Below are positions 35,912 to 49,900 of a stretch of DNA of 64,000 nucleotides, piece after piece; position 1 is the first letter of the stretch; each line of letters starts with the position of its first letter. The stretch lies in NCBI RefSeq assembly GCF_004010195.1, contig NC_057742.1, forward strand, positions 3,235,084 to 3,299,083. Reading direction: 5' to 3'. A program made the position numbers and the translations under genes. Source of the stretch: Chiloscyllium plagiosum (taxonomy: Eukaryota). The notes under the pieces are model-generated. The model did no database searches, was not told the DNA's origin, and saw only the letters and a program-made list of their open reading frames with translations.

Positions 35912-38547
35912 AGGTGGTGGGCGTGGGGGGGGGGGAGGCGGGTTCGTGGAAGTGAAGTGGGTAGAGGTTAAAGAAGCAACTCAGAAGTCCGTGGCCTTCA
36001 TTAGGTGAACGCTCCACTTCTGTTGGATTATGAGAGGCGACGAACGGATTGATTTTTATTAACGTGCAGTGATTTCCTACAACGCAGGGCTCCACTGCCA
36101 AAGGAGTAACTTCATAAAGCAAGGCTAAATTCGTGCTGTTAAAAAAGTGTTCATTCTGCTTATAAGTAAGACAGGTTAGAAACTTTATACACGATTGCAT
36201 ATTATTTTCAATAGCGTCTTGGCTGAATAAACAACTTTGCAACTCCCCAACTTCTCTGAATGAACGATTTTCGGTAATTGCATTTTCTTGCACATATTAT
36301 TTTGCCTATGATTTACCTCTGCGTCTGGGAAAGGAGTCGGTTTCAACAATGGACCTTTTTTTCTAGGTTCAACATGGATCCCACAATTCTACCAATTTCG
36401 AAATTCGGGGATTTTAAAGTAAAATCTCACGTGGTGGTAAGATATTTTACTTGAACATGCCGGTGCAATGTCGAAAGTTGCTTTTATTCTTGTAGAACAA
36501 GTTACTCCTGATTATTGTCAACAAAACATTTGAATTATTCTAAATCGGATTTCTAATAACATATCAATTGGGAATTTGGAACTGGATAATATGACGTGAC
36601 AGAGCTTGAACAATGTGCGCAATGTATAACTTGATATAATGTAGTTTATTTAATGTTAACTCAATTAGTCCACCTATCCTTCTATCCTTTTTTTTCTATC
36701 TGATAGATAAGTAGAACATTGAATTCTGGGAAATGGTTCAGGTATGGAATGAACGCAATATGACTTACCGCAGTAGTGCTGCTAGTCCTCGATCCAAGGT
36801 GCAGCTGCTGACAGGGTCTTTATAAAGAGCCAAGACTGCAAAAAAAAGAAAGAAAAAGAGAAACCTTCGATCAAGTAAATCGTTACAAAATCGAATTCGT
36901 TGCACACGACGAAGAAATCGAGTGTTTTCGAGCAAGTGACAGAAAGAAGCATCTAAAAGTGGAGCGTCAGGAATCAGGAGCAGATTGTGCATTAGTAATA
37001 ATGTTTAACAAATGGCAGCCTATTGTACTCGCATATAAACATTAATTGTCAATGCTTTAATTTATACATTTTTATGTTACATGTACATTGGTCTGCTCAC
37101 CCAACCAGCATTTTGACTCTTTTAATTGAAATAACATGCTGTGTATATTTTTGAAATTGCACTTGAAAAGTTGTTTGTGCTTAATCATTGTATTTCGTGC
37201 ATTTTTGTGGAATTCTTGCCAAGAGGTCAATAAATTAAATATCTTTGCCACCCTAAACCACTTACTTGCCTGATTTTATTACCTCCTAACTGTTGTTAAC
37301 CTATCTTTAGTTTAAAACACACATGTTTAGTCAGTTTTATATGCTGTTTGGATCAAGTCGGCGTTTAATTCAACTTTGAGCTTTTAACAGTGAAAATTAC
37401 ATTAATACATATTTGCAAAGTGTTTGCATTGCCACAATGAATCTTTGTTATTTTACTTTGAACAGCTATTCAAAATTAGGATCACTACGTTGAATTATTT
37501 AATATTTGCATTCTTATTTTAAAATCAGTGATTTCATTGAAACTAAGTTCTCTTCGATTGCAATAAAAAGTGGGGAAGCTGATATCTTTAATAATGAAAA
37601 TTGTTGTGTTCTTTCATATGATTCTGCTATTGGTCCCGAGTAAAATATTCGTTACACTTTACCCCAAAAGGCATCAATTCCGGAAAGATAAAATACACAA
37701 AGCGTTCTGATCTCCCGGAATAAAATGTTTCCCTCCGTCCGAAAGCTGCAACAGTTACGCACGTTGAATCGTTAACCTTTCCTATCGAATGAATTGAATT
37801 GTAAATATTTAAAAGGGTTAAATACGAAATGTGAGAAATGGAAAAGTAATACTGTTCGTCGAATCTTAATAATAAAGATTGCGCACTTATGTGTGACTAG
37901 ACGCCAGCAGCGCAGCAGAACAAAGGAGAAGGAAAACTGGGTGCGGGTTAAAGCAGGAATTCACCTGCTGGTTGTAATAAACGAAAGTCTTCGGTGTTTT
38001 CATATAAAACATTAAAATTAGTTGAATTATACAGTTGTGTTAACTTTAATTGTTTTTCGGCATATTTATTCGTCGGCAGGGTTCCATTCCTGGGACAAAT
38101 GCAATCGAAAAGGTTTAGTTCTTTGCTGCGGACTGCTAAACTCATAAATTATTTACCTTGTCTGGGAAACAAATGTTCAAGAATCATTGGTTGCCATAAT
38201 GGGCTATGGTTAAAATTTGTTTTCTTTTTGCTAAATTAATATGAATTCCAAAGGAAAAAAAAAGACGGAAAAGAGCGTTGAGATCGATGCATGGAGAGGG
38301 TCTGAATTAGGACTCCTGAAATCACATATACACGCACACACGCACATTCACTGTTGAGTAAAATACATTGAGAATTATTCTTCCAGTGAACTAATTTACA
38401 GTCGTTGAGTATCAGGAGGACACTTAAACATTTGCAGTTGGGCTAAGTGGATAAAAAAAAGGGAAAAGAAATAAAATATGACTCAGTTCATTGTGACAGA
38501 TATAAGCCTCTCTCTGAATGACCTTTCCTTGAATAGTAATAACTCAC

Positions 38548-38660
38548 CACATTAATGATCAATCAGCGGGAAGGTTTGAAATGTGTCCAAAATAACAATC
38601 CGTCCCACTATCCCAGGCTTTCTCTGCGATCGCATATAATCCTTTTATAAGAGGTATTGG
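38548..38660 (-). promoter_or_regulatory. Candidate TATA promoter and short first exon for hoxb3
   Basis: Minus strand CCAAT (38660-38656), TATAAAAG (38649-38642), then donor GTG|GTGAGT about 100 nt downstream (38547). A TGATTGAT Pbx site lies at 38565-38558. Confidence 0.5.
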
Positions 38661-41600
38661 ACGGCATACATATCTTCCCCCTGACCCGATTTGTTTTTTA
38701 AATGGCCTGCTGTAAATAATCAGAGTACTGACTGGGTGATCACAGCCCGGAGACACAGGCGAAGGCCTTCCATCCAAATGCCAGAGTAAATGCGCTTGGA
38801 TTATGCATTCACGTGGTCAGTACGTCAACGTTTCCCCATTTTATACAGACTTTAGCAATTGTTAATTGAACTCTTCTTTTTTTGTGCATGATCGTTGAAA
38901 TTCGGGCATTTCAAAAACTTGTCGCTTTCTCGTGGATGACGAAGGGCACTCTACGTTGTTATTGTTTCCGTAGAAGCTGTTTGCAAAGGTGAGTCGTTAC
39001 TTAAATAAAAACCAAAATACATTCATATAATTAGCTTCTTCGAAGAACCCAAGGGAAAGTAGAGATTGAGAAACTTTTATGCTCCTTTTTACACCTCTTC
39101 AGCTTCTCTGCTGAAGGAAAGCGGCAGTTTGTTTTTTTTAGAGCAGGCCTGGTACTCCCGGTTTGGGTCAGAACTCATAAGTTGTGGTCTCCCCCTCTTG
39201 TTTTGTAGAATACTTGTGATAGTGGGCTTGGTTTACACCCACGCACGGTCTGTCAAAGTAATGTGGGACTCCAAAATTAAACGCCTTATTTATTCTCAAC
39301 AAGCAAAGAATTAGTTCACAGCAGTCCACATTCTTTAGCAAGGTGGTAATATATCCGACAGCAAAATTAGCAGCATATCTTTGATTTAAGGAAGTCTTAT
39401 ACAGTCGCATTTGGCATACTTAGCGTAAAGTTAGACTAAAACTTAATCATTTTAGCATAAATCAGAGTAAAATGTATGAAGCAGTCGTAAAACATGTAGT
39501 ATTTGCGGGTTATTTCAATACAAAATATATAATATCATCATGCGTGCTAAATTTACCGAACATTTTGTATTTGATGCATTTTAGGTACACGTTACTTGAA
39601 AACAAAACCTAGTTTAAAGCAAGAGCTATTTATCAAATTGCAATTTACAAGTACGTTATGCACTCATCGGAATGTGGTCAAGCGTCTTATTTTAAATGTA
39701 AAAGATAAAGATATCGCCTTCCTTAGATAATGTGTTCTCTAATATTTAAGCATGCTTTTTTAACATATAAAAGTGAATGCCAGCCATACAAAACACGTTG
39801 CCCAGTATACATTGGCACGTTTCCAAATGTACCTTTTCATCTGACCTATTAATGCATAACTTGTGTTTAATGTGACATTTGACCTGTAGAACAGTGACGT
39901 GCTACAGCGGTTTGTGCTCTGCAACTTGCCTAGTATCACTGGCCTTTAATTTTACTTCTCAAACGGTCGAGAAATTAACGTTAGCGTAACACTGACAAAC
40001 TAAGATAAATAAAGTTATTGGTTTAAATTAACGAGAACGTTGATGGTTAGGGTGGGGGCTGGGGGTGTAAAGTGTACGTGTGTTGGTGGGGGAGGGGGAG
40101 AGTGGTTGAAATGCCTGGCATGAGTCAAAGGGAGATCAATAGGGTTACTGTACAACTGGAACAGAGGGTCTTTGATCTACGAGGCTAACCAGAATTGCAG
40201 TGACAAACTCTGCGCCTAGCTTGCAAGATAATGCACGAGAAGGGACTATCCAACAAGAAAGAGTTAATATTTAGTAAGGATACCTTTAATGTTATTGTCC
40301 TTTAACCAAATAATTTGCAGCCCAGAACGTAGAAAGAACACTTTGGAATCTGCAACTGTTTTGGCAGCCAGTAAGAAAAAAATGAAATAAAACTTGAGCT
40401 TTCCATTTGGTTCTCATTTCAGAAAAAAAGACCTCTGCTGTAAAACAGTTAGTTCTGTTTATGTGCCAAGAACGATAAAATTCAAGTTGATTATTCCTAG
40501 ATCCATTCTGACGCCTGCAGTACTAACTATCTTCCTCAGCATATCAAACAATTGGTACATTTTCATTTCGCCTGAGGCTGGCTACAGCATATAAAAATGA
40601 TTTGTTAAAAAAGGAGAGGAATTTAATGCAAACCCATTTTCTGCTAACATCAAACGTCGCCTTATCGCTAGCCGTCTATCTGGCTACGAATGCCTAAGGA
40701 AATAAAAACCTATTAAAACGCTTTCCGTTTAACAGAACATTGTACTACCATGAATTAGAAAATGCTCCAGTGATGTTTTTTGGTAGTACTTTAAGGTGGT
40801 GGATCCTTTACTAGAACCGCGTTCTTGTGTATCCCAAATTATGATTATGTTCTCGGGAGGTTGAGTAATGTCGAAATTATTTTTCTATGGGAATGAATAC
40901 AGGGATGTAGCAATTCGGCAAAGTTGAAAGAAGTAAAGTGTTTACCTCTTTCTGTCTCTGTCTCTCTCAAGGTTTCAAGGAGAATGCCAGGAGATTGAGT
41001 TGAGGAAGTTTAAGCGGTCAACATTGGATGGACCTCAGTTTGGAAACTTTCAAAGTCGCGAGTATAATAGCTAAACACTGTTTACCCAGGTCATAAATCA
41101 TGTGCACATTCATCTTGAGGATAACACCCTATCTAAAAATGCTTTTGAAGCTTTTTGCACGAATTCAGAGGTGTCAATGGCCATCAAAGGTAGATCCAAA
41201 CCAAACGTTTAACTGTTTGTTAGATCTTTAGGATGTTTGAAGAGGAGAAGAATTTTCAGAAGAAATCTTCGCCGCCCTCTTGGAAAATAGCACTTTGGGG
41301 TTGGGGGGCGCGGATGCTGATGATGAGTTGGTGGGGGTGGGGTGGGGGGGGGGGGGGAGTTGGTTGCCTGGTGTGGGAGAGGCCACGTCTGTCTTAATCC
41401 GTTACACACAAAAAGTCAGCAATAGTTCACGGAAACCAACCGGGGACCTTTCTCTCAGGTCAAGCTATGGGCCATTAATTATATCCAGCCTGGAATTCAG
41501 AGCTGCAGAGAGGAAAAATGTTTAAACTGCAGTTAACTTGGTTCGTTTACCTGTTGGATTATAGCAATGGAACTTGGAAAGCGATCACTGAATCTGGTCT

Positions 41601-44600
41601 TTCATCACAGGTGGTGGAGCTCAGTTATACCTCCCACGGGAGGAAAAATATTTATTGGACCCTGGTGGATTTAAAAGAAATGCATTCTGGAAGATCTCGG
41701 GAGCGTCATCGAAAGATGCATGGATTCGTTTGGCAGCAATGGATTCAATAGCAATTGGACTGTGAAGTTACAAACGGCTGGTTCCCAACTAGCCTTATAA
41801 GTGAACGGACTTTCTGCAAAAATCTGAGCAGTTTATTTATACCGGAAGCTTATATCTGCACATGCTGTTAAAAAAAAACTAGTACAAATGTACACTCAAC
41901 TCTATTTAAGGGATAGGCTATTGCCAAGATATAGGCCAGAATGGTAAACAGAAGGTGAAATATAGATGCGTGTAACGTGTCCAATGGGAACTGGTCTCGT
42001 GGATGGATGTCAGAAATTGCTGAGAATACGCAGAACAACATTAGCGGACTCCTTAAAATACCGGACCCGCCAGCTAAATGTGCTGTGATATTTAGCAGCG
42101 GTCGAGAGTGAATAAGAGATGCGGAAATAGAGTGAAAGAAATATGCACAGAATATGAGAAAGCCTTAGTGAGAGAGATTCCAAAAGAAGCAATGCTAGTT
42201 CCTGAGTTCACTGCTGCAGACTGACCATGTCAATTCCCCAACAATATCCATGTGATTTATAAAATGATTACAATCATTACTTTCAAGCAAATAAACCTCA
42301 AATCTCTACGGAGTGTGAACAGGGCATCACCTTATTCTATTTTTGTTCCTCCAGTTGCAACAATTTCGGACAATTGCTCCTCAGAGACCGACCACATTTC
42401 AACACAAAGAAATGAGGGGAGGGGGGGGGGGGGACATGGAAAATTTGGCACCAAAAACATTAGCTTTTCGGTGATTTGACGCCTTCGCTGAACAGAAAAA
42501 AAATCAAAAATCGTCACCGTTCGTAACAGGGAAATCTGTACTACCGGAGCCATCAAGTAAATTGCATCTCAAAATTAGTTTCGTTTTGTATTATCAGGGA
42601 AAGGTCAGAGGTTATAGTTATTGCAATTTCACTTTTCTAATAGCCAATCTGGGAGCATGGAACAGCATCAATATAATTTATTACCTTGTTTTTACGGGAG
42701 CTAATTTTATCGGTTATTGAGATGCGTTGAAACGCCATGAGTTGCAAAGTCAGGAACTTTACATACCTACTACAATGCTGCCGTTTAATTATATATCCTT
42801 TATGTAAGAAACTATGTGAATTTATATTTGACGCACTTTGCTTCGCAATCTTTGTCGGATGTTGCATTATGCTTATATATTTATTTTACAAAAGATTAGC
42901 AGCGAAATGATGCATGTTTGTGGAATTTTATTTGTGATCGATTATCTTATTGTCTGACTCTGCTCCATTCTTAATATTAATTTTCTATTAAACACATCTT
43001 GTAATACTGGCCTGTGTATGAACAAAATATAAATCCTTTAACGATCTGACTATTTTGAAAAAGGTGAATTGTTTATAAATTGTAACGTTAGTTTGTTTCA
43101 TTTTGTTTCCTATCATTGTGCAAATACTAGGAAATTGAAATACATTGCCATCCTCGCCCCACTCTTCTGTGCGCTGTCCCAGACACACTCGCTTCCAGAG
43201 AAAATATCATTTTTTTCAGTAATTTTAAACAGCCACATACAGGCTGGCACAATATATTAACGGGGAGAAGAGACATGATTTATTATGAGTAGTATAATTA
43301 CCTGTACATTAAATAGCCATCCTATAAGAGCAACGGCTATTTTGGGAGTAGGTAGGAATACTTCCTTATAACCCCTAATATATTATCATTCCGTTAAAAA
43401 GATTTTATTTAAACTATATCTGTTCAGTTTGAAGGATGTAAACGCAACTGAACGATGTAGATAAGCGAGAGAGCAAACCAATTATGAAATGAGACACCAT
43501 AAATAAATCTAAAAACTGGTTCACAAACTTAATTCTGTCAGCTGATGAACAGAAAGAGAAAAAAAAGGGTGGGAGTGGAAGGAGAGTGCACAAATCAGAA
43601 AAGCTGAGCAATTTTCCTTCTTGTTTGCATAATGTTGTTGCTCATGCAGTGGAATGCGATCTGTAGCAGAGAAAAATTAGACAACTTGGTTTACAAAACA
43701 AATAAGAAAAACAGGAAGGATCAAGATAAACAATGTTGTTCGATATCTCGGCACGGTATCGAATGCTGTGTTTTCGGCGTTTTCTTATTTTTGAAATACA
43801 GTGACCCTAGTCTTGATGCGATGCTTTCTATTGAAGTCGCCAATGCTGTTAAAGACAGGCACACGAACAAAGCCTTTAGGAGGGGCTTTTCGTTGAGTGA
43901 TTCGGCAAGGCATTGTCAGCATGGTTATAAAGCACAATAATCATATGTAAATAAGAGCCTGTAATTTTTAAAGATAAAACAAATAGGCTTCAATCCTTAA
44001 TATTTTCTGAATATAAGAGTTTATTCTGCCTCTCCGGGTATTTTTTTTTCAAAGAATACACATTGCTCTCAGCTCCTCTGAACGAACACTGTGCCATTGA
44101 GCATGATTCATGTGTGTTGAGGGCAGAGAGTCACATTATTTTTCCATTTTGGTGCTGGGAGTTATCAATTAATAAAGCCTCAATTGAATCCAGGGTCAGA
44201 CTTGCAAAGAAATTTACACATCTTTGCTGTGGAAGCTAAGCAATATCCAATTGTGTTCTGATATCGATTTGCTAATGCCTTACCCCTTTCTCTTCTCTCA
44301 GGAGCATTTTTTGGCAAATGAAGAAAATCGACATCCCAAAGGCCTGCCAATCATAGAGCAACTGCGAGTTTTCGTTCTTTCCCCTCTTCATTTACAAGCA
44401 CAGAACCAATATTCAGAGATGGAGGAAACAGATTATGTGCCACATTCTTTTAAGCCATATAAACTTTATCAAACTATTCCATGGCGTTTTAACCTTAGTT
44501 CATGTAACATATACATATGAATAGAACATATATAAATCTAACCAGTACAAAAGAACAAAGCCGGACATAGCATATTTTTATAGGAAATGTATTAAATCAT

Positions 44601-47600
44601 AAACAAATTCCAAATTTGTTCCATGTACGGCGCTCCTTGTGTCTATTTTTTAATTTCTGCATCTTACATATTAAATAGTTAAATGGTTAATGGGTATTTT
44701 GAGATTTTTAAAATCTTTGTTGGGTTACCACATAGAATATACAATAGGTAATTCCAACGCCGAGTGTAATTATCAAAACAAACACTTAAAAGGACTTCAC
44801 ATAATCATAATTAAAAACGACCATTAAATATCTCTCAATAAGAAAAAGATTACCATTCAACTGACAGATAATGGTATTTTGAAAGGCACGCGTGTTTCAA
44901 TACTGATGTTCTTTGCCTGCTGCAACCATTAATATTTAATGCCAATCACTAAGTTATTCTAATTTTACTACATAAAGGTTTGCACTAACGATCGGTGTTA
45001 AATGTTACGCTGCTATTAATGGCTTCAATTTGACTGGCTGGCGTCCAACCGCAGAATAAAAGGACCGAGGCGTTGTGGAAGTCTGTTAGTCTTCGCTCAT
45101 TTTCAAAATTGGGTTTCGCAATTCATTTCTGGTCACCCAAAGCGCCTCCTTTACTAGGTTTTTATTCCAATGAGGCGTTGTGTTTTAAAGAATTCATACA
45201 AAACTATCCATAATTGGTAATCACGGATGCTGTAATTTAAGACCCCCAGCTATAGCTTTCATATTATCCTCTGATCTATTGCTACAAATGGCCCGCAATA
45301 ATCAACTCTGGGGAGAGGATTACAGCCTTCCTCATTCCTGAATATCATCACTTGCACATCATTCTCAAAGAGCATGATTTATCACACAGACGAACATAAA
45401 CAACACACAACTTACACACAATGGCATCCATAGTGCTGCTGACATATTTTGCAATAAATCAAGAAAGCAAGAAGGAAAACATTCCCACAAAAATCAAAGA
45501 AAATGGAGAAATAAACAAATATACCACCGTGGTAAATTGAGAAATAGAAGGAAAGACACTATTTGTCAAATTATATGACAGTCTTGTAAAACATAAATAA
45601 CACATAATATTTACATAGATAGACACGAGGCAGTGCAGCTGTACTTACAATAATCCAACCCACGGTGTGTGTCTCTTCCCAAATTGTTTTATTCCAGCCT
45701 CTCTCTCAAGTTATAGGCTTGTTTTTAAAAGGACAGTAGAATTTCACGTCAGACACAGGGAGACCATGTCGGCGATTTACCGACGAATACATATCTATTC
45801 TGCAACAGCTGCATTAATTATTTAATGAGTCACGTGATCGAGGGGGAAGGGGGGATTTCAAATTCATACTCCAAGGAGAAGTGTCACCTTCCACTGGGAG
45901 AGAAGAAAATATTTCATATTCCTTTCTATTCTTAATGATTTTTGTTCTCAAAATGATATTCATGCATTGTTAACAACACATGCTAAAAAGTGGGATTCAA
46001 GAGGTTTTCAATCGGGCGGGAATAAAAAGGAAGTGTGACTATATCAAAGGATTCAGAGCTTTCTAAGTCTCATCCTTTGCATTCTAGGACGCTTCTTCAG
46101 ACTTAGAACCATGTCCATTCTCAATGGCGTTCTTTATTCATTATAGATATTCCAATGGGGACATGTTGCCAGAATCATGCATCTCTGCCTGTTTTATTTC
46201 ACCACAAGTTTACTTCTCTCATGCATTGTCTTTCTAAGTTTCAAACTCTCATTTTATCTTTCATATCCATGTTTTCTGTCGCACAGTTGGTTTTGTACTA
46301 TTGTGGAATCACAATATATTTTTCAAGGAAGATCGCTTTTCACTACACAAGGGCAATTTTACTCCCCCTGCAATAAATCTGGCAACCAGTCGCTACTAGC
46401 AACATAAATGCCTCCGAAAAATTTCGAGCAACTAGAAGAATGATACGCCTTTTTGAAAAAAAATCAACCCAATCTATTTTGCGTTGGAGACATTATAATG
46501 ATTCGGATCAAATCTGTGGTAAGGGATGCTGAATCTCTGTTATTGTCAAAGAGGTTTGGATAAGGTGGAAAATCCTCTTTTTTTTGGTATCAGCGATGCT
46601 TTTTTAAAAATAACAATAATCTTAGGGAGAATCATGCTCCGGGAGACCAATATGACACAGAGCTTTCTAACTTGGTCTTGTTTCGATATTCTCTCTGCGG
46701 ATGCTTCCTAACGTGCACACCAGCAATGTACATTACGGTAGGTTTATTTAAAATAGCACCAGAGATTATTTCGTTGTAAGTTTAAAGAATCCGTCCTAAG
46801 TGGCCCAGAATATTACCTGCAACTCAGCCTTTGTTCTCTTCAGAAACCCCACCGTTTTCAGGAAATTATAATGATATAATTTAATGATATCCTTATAAAG
46901 CTCATCCGTCATATTTATTGCATTTTAAAATGATGTTAGAAAATTCCAGAGGCTTATAAAAGAGAACAAAGCATGCTCCGTTATAAGAGCCATCTAAATA
47001 ATTTGGGGGGGAAAAGCGTGGATTGAGGGGCGGGACTTCTCAACCAACAAAGGCAACGTTTTCATTTATTTCTTTTTAACATACATTTGAAACTTTTTTT
47101 TCTCTAAAGTGCATGATGGATTATTGCGTTCATGTGTTTATTGCCTTGAAAAACACAACACGTTGCGCTAATAAACTGGAGTTAGAAAAGATGCGGAAAA
47201 ATTGGGCTTCAGTTTCACGCACTCTTAATACAATTTGCATTACACGGTAGTTGTTTCTACAATCGTGAAAAGGTGATATCGATTTTATGCTCTTAGCGAA
47301 GAAAGACCCTGAATAACAATAAGGTTTGAATTAGAGCGTCCGCTTCTAGCGGAGCTATGATAAGAATAAGCTAGTCTGCAAAGCCCAACACGTTGCATGC
47401 ACGAAATGTCTTTCTCTTCTGTCCCTCTCTACCTTCCAGTTTAGCTCGATGTCCATTGTCCGCAAGCAAACCGCATTTCATAATTTTTAAAAGTCAAGCT
47501 AAAATCTATTTCTTATCACAAATACACAAAAATGTATCAATAAAATTGCAAGGCAATTCAATTTTGAATGGGTTTGAATCTTATTGAATCTTGTATAGAG

Positions 47601-48028
47601 AAAGTGCAGCCTGATAACACAACAATGGTTTTTCTTCTCAATGGTTGAGTTTTAGAGACCATCCTTATATGCAATTGTAAAGAGCAGCACGCACACATAC
47701 ACGGACACAGGCATGTGTGCATGCATCTAAGATTCATCCCACGGCCTATTCTTAGCCATTGCTGAATATTAAAAACAGGATTTCAAAACAAACATTCAAG
47801 ATCGTTTATCTTTTCTAATGCAAGTTGGAACAGTCAAGCAAGGCTAACAGAACGGGCAGTTTCAGCGACGCACCACAGATTTTAAACTCAGTGAACGAAG
47901 GGTAACCCTGATTTTTTTTTTATCCTTTAGTATTGAGAATGTTCAGATAGAACAGAGTCATGTCTTAAAGGTCAAGGGTTTCAGAGGTCAGACTGTTAGT
48001 ATAAAAACAGCTAATCGGATAGAAAAGT

Positions 48029-48045
48029 TGTCCTTTCCGTGAACC
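48029..48045 (-). promoter_or_regulatory. DR5 RARE of the hoxb4 3' early neural enhancer (ENE)
   Basis: Minus strand GGTTCA-CGGAA-AGGACA, 2.8 kb 3' of the hoxb4 stop, in the position expected for PG4 3' RAREs. Confidence 0.78.
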
Positions 48046-48490
48046 CTTTCTGCTGTCCTGCTGACCAACCGACATGCTGATTTTATTCTGTAACCTTCAA
48101 ATATGGTTAAAAACTTAACAAACGATAAACACCAAAACACAAACCATAAGCAGATTCTATAGCCAAAATGTTGGCGGTGTGTATTTCAAGTTGCACATAG
48201 CAAGTAAGCGTTGCCAATTAATTGTCAAAAGAACAACAAAGCGATTCAAAGTGATGAAATCAATTGACTTTGTTTGCTATTACCTTTCCTTTCAGCATTT
48301 TCCGTTCTCCAATTCTGAACATTTTTACGATTTTTAAGCATGGTTGAGAGACAATCTTCCGATGTGACTGAAAAATTCCACGCTCTGCTCATATTTTTAA
48401 AGAACTCTCCAGGTCGCACATCACTTTTCCCCGGGACCAGCCATCCAGATTTGCTGTTGAGCAACAATGGGAGAAGTATTTAAAGAAAGC

Positions 48491-48518
48491 AGTGATTAAT
48501 GATTTCAAGTTAATTCTC
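48491..48518 (-). promoter_or_regulatory. Probable hoxb4/hoxb3 late neural enhancer (CR3) Hox-binding TAAT sites
   Basis: Minus strand GAGAATTAACTTGAAATCATTAATCACT has paired ATTA/TAAT cores and closely resembles the mouse CR3 HS1/HS2 sequence as recalled. It is 450 bp from the ENE RARE. Confidence 0.65.
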
Positions 48519-49894
48519 GCATTTTCAGAACCTCTCCGAGTACAAATAATGCCTGTGAACTTTAGTTGTATAGCTTGCATTCAGAGCCTTTGGCAACAGT
48601 CTGGCAGAGGGTGTAGGACTGACTGGCCTGTTATCTGTGTTTGAATGGAGAAAATTGAACAGCTACTGGCGAGATTCAATGAATAATTCTTATATTATTA
48701 ACTAAAGTAATTACTCATCAAAACACTTCAGAATTATATACCTAAACGAAAATGTTACATTTGGAAAGGCTGCATTTCAAATAGTCTCGGTTTCGTGAGA
48801 CCTCGTGGGGGAAGCACAAAACACGTATACATTGGTTAGAAAGGATTTTCTCGTATAAGCGACAAATTGTAAATCTTTCTGCTGTCTCCAAAGGCAATAC
48901 GTGATTTAAGAAAATCAAACTTTATTCGAGTTTCTTTTGTAACAACCTGATATGTGAAATCTCATCATACTGTAAAACACGTTCCAAAGAATCATCAGAA
49001 AGGACATTTTATATCTTCTTCAAATCAATGATGTTTTACAGGTTGAGTTTGAAGGGAATATTTTTGAACGATGGAGATAGAGCAGAGTGAGATCACCATC
49101 TCGTTTAGTTATGACATCTAAATGCAGTTTTGTAACATCATCTATTAAATTACAGTTCTAAGACAAAACATGTGCATCAGTAAACTGAACCATTGAATCA
49201 GCAAATATTACACTCAAATGTTGAATATTGTGTTACGCAATGCTGTGCACCGAAGTTAGCTTTCTTTCTGCATATGGTGAAGTTTCAGATTCCAGGTTGC
49301 ATATGCAATGTGTTATAAGAAAGAAAATTAAAATTAATACAAAGCTTCATCTGACAAAAGAGGTCATTTGTCTTCTTGATTATCTATTTGCTTGTCAAAG
49401 CTTGAACCATTACACCTTCCAATCCCTTTCCAATACACATGCACAAAGAAAGAAAATGTTAAGAGGTTCTGTAAAAATGATACAGATGGATTTAACTTAA
49501 CAAGATTGAGTGTTCGACAAGGAAAATGGGGGCATGGTGATGAACGTAAACAATCAAGAAATAACAGACAACTGTCGTGAATGAACAAATCTTCATCAAG
49601 GAGTGCTTTCCAAACGTATTACTCCTATTAAATTATTGCACAATTCATCTGTATCCACAAGCAGGTGTAAAGGCCTCTAACAATGGCTGGATGAACATTG
49701 TATTTGGATAGAGGTGCACTTTACTGGCATTTTTTTCCACCAAGACCTATGTCCTTTGTTATCACCCTGGCCAACTCACACAGATGAATGAGCATAGAGA
49801 AATTGGAAGTCATGCTACCAGATCATATTTCTGCAGAAAATGGACCAGCAGACTAGATATAAATAAACAAAGGAAAAGATACACCTTGAAAAAA

Positions 49895-49900
49895 TTTATT
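49895..49900 (-). terminator. Candidate hoxb4 polyadenylation signal
   Basis: AATAAA on the minus strand ~920 nt after the stop, followed by a U/GU-rich tract. Confidence 0.55.

Noticed and set aside
35479-36293. Long ORFs spanning 35.5-36.3 kb
   Set aside because: Artefacts of reading through the N gap.
41900-42015. Possible very old CR1 3'-tail remnant inside the cluster
   Set aside because: The similarity is too degenerate to support without an alignment.
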